Positions 57,409 to 64,000 of a stretch of 64,000 bases of DNA are shown piece by piece (position 1 is the stretch's first letter; every line of letters starts with the position of its first letter). Below the pieces are notes generated by a model that had not been told where the DNA came from, ran no database searches, and saw only the letters and a program-made list of their open reading frames with translations. The DNA is from an uncultured candidate division Zixibacteria bacterium (GTDB taxonomy: Bacteria; Zixibacteria; MSB-5A5; GN15; FEB-12): contig CAWDXE010000007.1 in the NCBI GenBank assembly GCA_963806185.1, positions 160,001 through 224,000 on the forward strand, in the 5' to 3' direction. The translations under genes and the position numbers were made by a program.

Positions 57409-58785
57409 ATGGACCTGTTCGGAAAGGACAAACCCTCGGCGCGGTCAGAACGGCCAACCGGACTTCCTCCTCTAGCTGACCGGATGCGTCCGCAATCATT
57501 CGACGAATTCGTCGGCCAAGAGAAGATCGTCGGGCCCGGGACGCCCTTGCGTAAGGCGATAGAGCAGGACAAGGTTGGATCGCTGATTTTCTGGGGGCCG
57601 CCCGGTTCGGGCAAGACGACGCTCGCCGAATTGATTGCGCGTTCGACCCGGGGACAGTTTGTCCATTTCTCGGCCGTGAGCTCGGGCATTAGAGATGTCA
57701 AAGAGGTGCTGTCAAAGGCGGGTGGTTACTTTCAGTCGAGCGGACGTCGGACCTACATCTTCATAGATGAAATTCATCGCTTCAACAAGGCCCAGCAGGA
57801 CGCCTTCCTTCCCTACGTGGAAAAGGGGGACGTCATCCTGATTGGTGCCACGACGGAGAATCCGTCGTTTGAGGTCAATGCCGCGCTGCTTTCTCGTATG
57901 CGCGTACACGTGCTGAATCGCCTGGGCGAGCCTGAGATTCGCGTCCTTCTGGAGCGTGCCTTGACCGACGGCGAGCGCGGCCTCGGCCATATGAACCTGA
58001 CCGTTGACCAAGCAGCGCTTGAGCTCATGGCGGTTGCGGCCGACGGCGACGCACGGCGAGGGCTGACCCTGCTGGAAACAACGGCCACGTATATCGGCGC
58101 CGATGGAAAGATCACGGTCGAAATTGCGCGCGATGTCCACCAGAAGGGTGTGCTTCTCTATGACAAGTCAGGGGAAGAGCACTTCAACATCATCTCCGCG
58201 CTGCACAAGACAATTCGTGGCGGGGATCCTGATGCCGCCCTGTACTGGCTGGCGCGCATGTTGGCGGCCGGGGAGGACCCGATGTACGTTATCAGGCGAT
58301 TGGTCCGTTTTGCCGTTGAAGACGTGGGCTTGGCTGATCCGTATGCTTTGACTCTGACACTCAATGCTCGCGACACCTATCATTTCCTCGGCTCGCCGGA
58401 GGGGGAGCTGGCTATCGCTGAAGCGGTGGTATACATGGCCTGTTCTCCCAAGTCCAACGCTATCTACACGGCGTTCGGCGAGGCGATGAAAGACGCCAAC
58501 GAGCATGGTTCGTTGCCCGTGCCGTTGTCCATTCGAAATGCCCCGACCGGACTGATGAAGGCGCTGGATTACGGTAAGGATTACCGGTACGCCCATGACT
58601 ACAAGGACGGACTTACGGGGCAGGAGTACTTTCCGGATCAACTGGCGGGGACGGTATACTATCATCCGCGACCGGTGGGTAAAGAGGCGCGGATGGTCGA
58701 GTATATCAGCAAATACCGGGAATTCCGGAAGCAGGCGAATGAAGACCCGGCGCTCGTCAAACCGGCTGAGCGGAAAAAAACCTGA
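57409..58785 (+). CDS. rarA: replication-associated recombination protein A (AAA+)
   Basis: PLADRMRP, GPPGSGKTT, FIDEIHRFNKAQQD, GATTENPSF, EDVGLADP, PKSNA. Confidence 0.96.
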   Translation: MDLFGKDKPSARSERPTGLPPLADRMRPQSFDEFVGQEKIVGPGTPLRKAIEQDKVGSLIFWGPPGSGKTTLAELIARSTRGQFVHFSAVSSGIRDVKEVLSKAGGYFQSSGRRTYIFIDEIHRFNKAQQDAFLPYVEKGDVILIGATTENPSFEVNAALLSRMRVHVLNRLGEPEIRVLLERALTDGERGLGHMNLTVDQAALELMAVAADGDARRGLTLLETTATYIGADGKITVEIARDVHQKGVLLYDKSGEEHFNIISALHKTIRGGDPDAALYWLARMLAAGEDPMYVIRRLVRFAVEDVGLADPYALTLTLNARDTYHFLGSPEGELAIAEAVVYMACSPKSNAIYTAFGEAMKDANEHGSLPVPLSIRNAPTGLMKALDYGKDYRYAHDYKDGLTGQEYFPDQLAGTVYYHPRPVGKEARMVEYISKYREFRKQANEDPALVKPAERKKT

Positions 58786-58808
58786 ACTCAAGATTACCCC
58801 TGATGTGT

Positions 58809-60080
58809 ATGAAAGAAATGCGCCGAGTACTAACGTTACTATGTATCGTCCTGGGTCTGCCGTGGGTCGCGACGGCGAATTCAATTCTCATTCCGATGGA
58901 CGAATCTCAGACTGACCATCTCAAAGCCTATGGTGTAATATACAAGGCGCTCGAGTTGGGAAGGCAGTGCCAATGGCTGCTAAATTATCGGGGGGGATCG
59001 TTCCTGATAGACTACTCGAAGGATATTGCCGACCTATGTCTTTTGCGTGGTGTTTCGGCCGAAGATGTCTCTTCGGGCACCGTAGCCGACATCTATTCCC
59101 AGATCGAGGTCTCCAACATGGAGCGGGTCGAACTGCAGAAGGCGCCCAGTATCGCCGTCTATGTGCCGCCGTCGTATCAGCCGTGGGACGATGCGGTCAC
59201 GCTGGCGTTGACCTACGCGGAGATTCCGTACAAGAGTATCTGGGATGAAGACGTGCTCAACGGTTCGCTGGATGATTATGACTGGCTGCACTGCCATCAC
59301 GAGGATTTCACCGGCCAATATGGGAAGTTCTTTGCCGCCTTCCGCAATCAGCTCTGGTATCAGGCCGACGTCCGCGCCAACGAGGAAATGGCCAGAAAGC
59401 TCGGCTATCGGAAGGTGTCGGAGATGAAGCGCGACGTGGTGAACAAAGTGTACGATTATGTGCGGCGGGGCGGCTTTTTGTTCTCAATGTGCTCGGCGCC
59501 GGAGACGATGGATATGGCACTGGCGGCAAATGGCGTTGACATCGTGCCACAGGAGTTCGACGGCGACCCGGTCGATCCGGGGGCGCAGTCGAAGCTCGAT
59601 TTCACGCGCACCTTTGCCTTCGAGAATTTCACTATCAATATTGATCCGATGGTCTACCAGCGTTCAAACATTGATACGTACCCCGATCGGCTGGTCAGGT
59701 TTATTGACCCCAAGGACGATTTCTTCTTCCTGTTTGAATTCTCGGCCAAGCTCGACCCGGTGCCGACGATGCTGGTTCAGGACCACACGTCGACAGTGAA
59801 CGGATTCATGGGACAGGTGACTGGTTTTCGCAAGTCGCTGCTCAAAAAGCATGTCACGATACTTGCCCAACCCGACAACTACGACGAGGTGCGGTATATC
59901 CACGGTAATCTGGGGCGTGGGACATTCACCTTCATGTCCGGTCACGATCCCGAGGATTATCAGCATATGGTCAACGACCCGCCTACGGATCTGTCGTTAT
60001 TCAAGAACTCTCCCGGTTACCGACTGATTCTCAATAATGTTCTGTTCCCAGCCGCGAAGAAGAAGGAACGAAAGACCTAG
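58809..60080 (+). CDS. conserved secreted protein, probable class I glutamine-amidotransferase-like fold
   Basis: Signal peptide; HLKAYG, WLLNYRGGSF, PWDDAVTL, HHEDFTGQYGKF, GGFLFSMCSA, GHDPEDYQH. Confidence 0.75.
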   Translation: MKEMRRVLTLLCIVLGLPWVATANSILIPMDESQTDHLKAYGVIYKALELGRQCQWLLNYRGGSFLIDYSKDIADLCLLRGVSAEDVSSGTVADIYSQIEVSNMERVELQKAPSIAVYVPPSYQPWDDAVTLALTYAEIPYKSIWDEDVLNGSLDDYDWLHCHHEDFTGQYGKFFAAFRNQLWYQADVRANEEMARKLGYRKVSEMKRDVVNKVYDYVRRGGFLFSMCSAPETMDMALAANGVDIVPQEFDGDPVDPGAQSKLDFTRTFAFENFTINIDPMVYQRSNIDTYPDRLVRFIDPKDDFFFLFEFSAKLDPVPTMLVQDHTSTVNGFMGQVTGFRKSLLKKHVTILAQPDNYDEVRYIHGNLGRGTFTFMSGHDPEDYQHMVNDPPTDLSLFKNSPGYRLILNNVLFPAAKKKERKT

Positions 60081-60106
60081 TTTGCCGGATTACCAATAAA
60101 ACGACT

Positions 60107-60137
60107 GCCGGTGCATTGCCTGTGCACCGGCTTTTTT
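60107..60137 (+). terminator. intrinsic terminator
   Basis: GCCGGTGCA/TGCACCGGC-TTTTTT. Confidence 0.8.
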
Positions 60138-60184
60138 GCCTTTGGCCGTCGACGCTCGAGCAGACAAACCGGGCGACGATCAAT

Positions 60185-60310
60185 TCAGGCTTGGGATTGG
60201 TCCTTGCGCTTGGCCGCACGAAACGCCATTATCACCATAGCTATCGTGACCGGCACGAGCAACACTGCGAGCGCGAACATGACGATGAGCATTTTCAGAC
60301 CGACAGACAT
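60185..60310 (-). CDS. 41-aa single-TM small protein (absent from the ORF track)
   Basis: MSVGLKMLIVMFALAVLLVPVTIAMVIMAFRAAKRKDQSQA*; GAGGTGA RBS; hydrophobic stretch followed by basic residues. Confidence 0.65.
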   Translation of the reverse strand: MSVGLKMLIVMFALAVLLVPVTIAMVIMAFRAAKRKDQSQA

Positions 60311-60561
60311 GGGTCACCTCTCTTCGAGGAGACACAGCTGCGGCGCCGACTGAACCGGGTACAGCGCCACATGCAAGTGGTCCTCACGTGGTGTAATCGA
60401 TATCGGATCTTCTATCTAAAAACGTCGAGTCAATGTCGCGTTCGCGAGGGTCGTCGGAAAAGTGGTGCTCGTTGTACGATTTGAGTTGACAATAACGACC
60501 ACTTTTGTATTGTTAACATACGTCTTAAAGAAAATCGTGCAAGAGGAAAAACGGGAATCAT

Positions 60562-61302
60562 ATGCCCAAAATTCCACAACAGGTTCTTCCGATCGTGTTG
60601 ATTTTCTCGTTTCTCATTGCGGCGCTTTTAGTTGGGCGGGCGATTCTGATCCCCAAAACGTTTGGAGATTTCGGTTTCTACCGTGCCGCTGCGCTCGGCG
60701 AGATCTCAGCTTTGCCCCAATCATATGCCGGTGGGCGTGTGTGCGGGGATTGTCACACTGATGAGTGGGAAGCCAAACAGGGGTCGCACCATGCCTCTGT
60801 CGCATGCGAATCTTGTCACGGACCCGCATTCGCCCATACGGAGAGCCCGGATGAGGTTCAGCCAAAGGTCAATTCGGGTCGCGACGCCTGTACTATCTGT
60901 CATGGGTACAACATATCGCGGCCATCCGGTTTCCCGCAAATTCAGGCTGATCTGCACAACGCCGGTCAAAAATGCATCATTTGCCACAACGCCCATGCCC
61001 CTGAGTTGCCGAGCGCGCCGGGAGAATGTGCCGCCTGCCATCGAACAATTGCCAACCAAAAGCGGGTATCCCGTCATGCCGCACTGGGGTGTGAGACCTG
61101 CCATCCAGTACCGGCGGAGCATAAGATATCACCTCGCACGGCCAAGGCCCAGCGACCGACATCGCAGGAAGTATGTCTGAAATGCCATGCGGGGACGGCT
61201 GCTCTACCGCTTGAGGCGCCGCAAATTGATGCTTCGACCCACGGGGGGAGTTACCTTTGCTGGGAATGCCATTACCCTCACGATCCGGAGGCGAACCGAT
61301 GA
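60562..61302 (+). CDS. membrane-anchored octaheme cytochrome c
   Basis: N-terminal TM helix; eight CxxCH motifs (CGDCH, CESCH, CTICH, CIICH, CAACH, CETCH, CLKCH, CWECH). Confidence 0.92.
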   Translation: MPKIPQQVLPIVLIFSFLIAALLVGRAILIPKTFGDFGFYRAAALGEISALPQSYAGGRVCGDCHTDEWEAKQGSHHASVACESCHGPAFAHTESPDEVQPKVNSGRDACTICHGYNISRPSGFPQIQADLHNAGQKCIICHNAHAPELPSAPGECAACHRTIANQKRVSRHAALGCETCHPVPAEHKISPRTAKAQRPTSQEVCLKCHAGTAALPLEAPQIDASTHGGSYLCWECHYPHDPEANR

Positions 61303-62072
61303 AACCAGAAGTACCAGACATGCCTCGCCGGGAGTTCCTGGAAACGCTGGCGGTCAAAGTGCCGCTTTGGCTCGCCTTTGCGACAGCCGTGCCGCGGTTT
61401 GTTGCCGAAGCAGCTTCGGACGATACACCCTACGATGCAACCAAGCACCTCTATGCGATGGGTGTCGATATCGACAAATGCATCGGCTGCGCCCGGTGTG
61501 TGGATGCCTGCAAGACAGAAAACCATGTTCCGCGCGAGCCGTATTTTTTTCGCACGTGGATTGAGCGGTATCTGATTCCAATGAATGGTGACGCGATTGT
61601 CGACAGCCCCAACGGCGGGCTGGACGGATTTCCCGAGGTCCACAGCGACGTCGCAATTCGTCGTTCATTCTTTGTCCCAAAACTCTGCAATCATTGCGCC
61701 AATCCGCCCTGCGTGCAGGTCTGTCCGGTCGGCGCGACCTTTTCATCGCCCGACGGCGTAGTGCTGGTTGATGGAGAGTATTGTGTGGGGTGTCGGTACT
61801 GCATCCAGGCCTGTCCGTATGGAGCTCGGTATCTTGATCCAGTCCGAAAGGTCGCCGACAAATGCACCTTCTGCTATCATCGCATCACCAAGGGGGGGCT
61901 GCCGGCCTGCGTTGAGGTATGTCCGACCGGTGCACGAATATTCGGCGAGCGCAATGAGTTGAGTTCGCCGATTCAGCGATTCCTTCGCTTCAACGACGTC
62001 ACGGTCCTCAAGCAGTGGCTGAATACGGCTCCCAAGGTGTTTTACGCCAACGCTGACATGGAGGTGAGGTAA
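61299..62072 (+). CDS. NrfC/DmsB-type 4x[4Fe-4S] protein with Tat signal
   Basis: PRREFL twin-arginine motif; CIGCARCVDAC, CNHCANPPCVQVCP, CVGCRYCIQACP, KCTFC...PACVEVCP. Confidence 0.93.
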   Translation: MKPEVPDMPRREFLETLAVKVPLWLAFATAVPRFVAEAASDDTPYDATKHLYAMGVDIDKCIGCARCVDACKTENHVPREPYFFRTWIERYLIPMNGDAIVDSPNGGLDGFPEVHSDVAIRRSFFVPKLCNHCANPPCVQVCPVGATFSSPDGVVLVDGEYCVGCRYCIQACPYGARYLDPVRKVADKCTFCYHRITKGGLPACVEVCPTGARIFGERNELSSPIQRFLRFNDVTVLKQWLNTAPKVFYANADMEVR

Positions 62073-62075
62073 GAC

Positions 62076-63320
62076 ATGAAGCTCATCCTGCTGGCGATGC
62101 TTGATCAATTGTCCGGCGCGACCGGATACATATATCCCAACGAGTATGAATTGCACTGGGGTCTGCTCATTGTTGTCTATCCGTATCTCACCGGTCTGGT
62201 GGCTGGTGCCTTCATCCTGGCGTCACTCGAGAGGGTGTTCAACGTGAAAGTCCTCCAGCCGGTCTACCGGTTGTCTCTACTGACGGCGCTGGCATTCCTG
62301 TTTGTCGCCCCGATACCGCTGTTGAGTCACCTGGGCCATCCCGAACGAGCGCTCGAGATGTTCCTTACCCCACACACCGAGTCAGCCATGGCTATGTTCG
62401 GTTTTGTGTATGCCTGGTATCTCATGGTTGTGCTACTGCTGGAAATCTGGTTTGATTATCGCCGCGCGATCATCGAATGGGCCAACGAAAGCAAGGGGAT
62501 CAAGCGGCTGTTTTACAAGGTACTCAGCCTGGGGACGAACGATGTCACCGAGCGGGCACTGCAATTCGATGAAAAGGTCGGACGGACGATCACCTTGATC
62601 GGCATTCCCTCCGCTTTTCTTCTGCATGGATATGTCGGGTTCATTTTTGGGTCGGTGAAGGCCAATCCCTGGTGGAGCAGTGTACTGATGCCGATTGTTT
62701 TCTTGTTTTCGGCGATCGTCTCCGGAATCGCCATTGTGTTGATCATATATATGGTAAGCTCAATGCTTCGTTGGCGCCGAATTGAAATGAATTGCCTGAA
62801 CAAGCTGGGCGAACTGCTCTTGTATGCGATCCTCGTCGATTTCAGTCTTGAACTGCTGGATTTTGTGCACCGTCTGTATGAGTCGGAAGAGTCCATTCAC
62901 ATTCTTTCGGAAATGATATCGAGCCGACTATTCATTAGTCTGATTGTTTCACAAATCCTGTTGGGGACGGTCGGGCCGTTAATATTGTTGGCCTGGGCGA
63001 GATTCGGACGTTTGCCGGACGAAATGCGGCGGATTACCTACCTCATTGCGGCGCTGCTGGTGCAGGTGGGCATTTTCAGCACCCGGTGGAATGTCGTCAT
63101 CGGCGGACAACTCTTCTCCAAGAGTCTTCGAGGACTGACGGTCTACAAACTGGATCTCATGGGGCGCGAAGGGCTGTTTATGAGCATTGCGCTTCTTATC
63201 CTTCCGTTCATCATTCTGTTCATACTTACCAAGATACTACCGCCGTGGGATAAGAATGAGACGATTGTGCCAAGAGGCGGTCCGCTGACCGACACCAAAG
63301 CTGAAGCCGCAAGTGGTTGA
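62076..63320 (+). CDS. nrfD: NrfD/PsrC family quinol-interacting membrane subunit
   Basis: WGLLIVVYPYLTGLVAG, HLGHPER, YVGFIF, PWW, RWNVVIGGQ; multiple TM helices. Confidence 0.9.
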   Translation: MKLILLAMLDQLSGATGYIYPNEYELHWGLLIVVYPYLTGLVAGAFILASLERVFNVKVLQPVYRLSLLTALAFLFVAPIPLLSHLGHPERALEMFLTPHTESAMAMFGFVYAWYLMVVLLLEIWFDYRRAIIEWANESKGIKRLFYKVLSLGTNDVTERALQFDEKVGRTITLIGIPSAFLLHGYVGFIFGSVKANPWWSSVLMPIVFLFSAIVSGIAIVLIIYMVSSMLRWRRIEMNCLNKLGELLLYAILVDFSLELLDFVHRLYESEESIHILSEMISSRLFISLIVSQILLGTVGPLILLAWARFGRLPDEMRRITYLIAALLVQVGIFSTRWNVVIGGQLFSKSLRGLTVYKLDLMGREGLFMSIALLILPFIILFILTKILPPWDKNETIVPRGGPLTDTKAEAASG

Positions 63321-63400
63321 TTAACTTCGCGGATGTTCTCTGCAACACTAAGTCGGTTGCCGAGGTTACGAACATTGCGTGAAAGAGACCAGTCATTGAA

Positions 63401-63428
63401 TCGTGGCGCACCGGGTGGTGCGCCACGA
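63401..63428. terminator. 12-bp hairpin between convergent genes
   Basis: TCGTGGCGCACC-GGGT-GGTGCGCCACGA. Confidence 0.65.
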
Positions 63429-63459
63429 ACAGATGGTATTGTTTCGATTTGTCTGTCAA

Positions 63460-64000
63460 CTATCTAAGCAGGATCATCTTCTTCGTCTGCGTGAACGTAC
63501 CGGCCTCCGCCCGATACAGGTAGACGCCCGAAGCATAGGCTGAGGCATTCCATTCAATACTGACCACCCCCGGCCCGCCATAGCCGTGGAACTCGTCCAC
63601 GACCTGGCCGGCGATGTTAATGATGGTGATGTGCCATTCGGACGCCACCGGCAATGCCAGGTTAATGGTCGTGGTGGGATTAAACGGGTTCGGGTAGTTC
63701 TGATCCAGCGCAAACTCCTTCGGCAATCCGCCGTCGGTATTCTCCTTTCGATCCGCATATATGATCGCACACGACGCCATCGCACAAGTGAAGGTGCTGG
63801 TCGCCACGCCGGAGTCGAAGGGCGCGCTGAACTCTTGAACCAGACCGGTAATGTTGGAGAAGTTTTGGCAACTATCGACGGAGAGACTTATCACCTGACC
63901 GCCCGACATGCAATTGATCGGCTCCAAACGGAATTTGGCCAGATTGGTGAAGTTGTCGCTGGCTGAAATGGCGACGTTTCCGGCCACGGCGTACCGCCTG
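63460..64000 (-). CDS. C-terminal part of a secreted protein with T9SS-type-A-like sorting domain (truncated by window edge)
   Basis: LDQNYPNPFNP...ASGVYLYRA...KKMILLR. Confidence 0.85.
   Translation of the reverse strand, partial: RRYAVAGNVAISASDNFTNLAKFRLEPINCMSGGQVISLSVDSCQNFSNITGLVQEFSAPFDSGVATSTFTCAMASCAIIYADRKENTDGGLPKEFALDQNYPNPFNPTTTINLALPVASEWHITIINIAGQVVDEFHGYGGPGVVSIEWNASAYASGVYLYRAEAGTFTQTKKMILLR

Noticed and set aside
1..64000. CRISPR array or cas genes accompanying the CHAT protease (Craspase-like)
   Set aside because: No regularly spaced direct repeats and no cas-like ORFs were seen

Overview
Chromosomal window from a GC-rich (about 58-60%, estimated by eye) Gram-negative bacterium. 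The repeated 'QNYPNPFNP' C-terminal sorting domains and Cys-flanked dockerin-like tails suggest an FCB-superphylum organism, most resembling candidate division Zixibacteria (inference). Main contents: (1) a tRNA-Ser-like 3' fragment (possible att scar), then an ECF sigma/ZAS anti-sigma pair converging on an exported TPR-CHAT (caspase-like) protease; (2) small accessory genes, an OPT transporter, a multidomain DUF4388 signalling protein, a beta-carbonic anhydrase, a PNGase F-like enzyme and an asparagine-synthetase-like protein; (3) a co-oriented energy-metabolism cluster of about 14.4 kb behind a Rex-type operator (ALDH, arcE-like P-loop enzyme, arcC, cca, sucCD, korDABC, ndk, larA-like, mdh, icd); (4) secreted beta-propeller, cohesin/dockerin-like and BACON-repeat proteins, tRNA-Arg(ACG) and a PP2C phosphatase; (5) an SDF/DAACS transporter lacking the NMDGT aspartate, with a ~365-aa charged tail and a structured leader; (6) htpX, a hemolysin/CBS protein and rarA; (7) an octaheme cytochrome c-NrfC-NrfD module. 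Eight frameshifts between 8.9 and 32.4 kb are all +1 and are most likely assembly errors. No CRISPR array, rRNA or transposase was seen.
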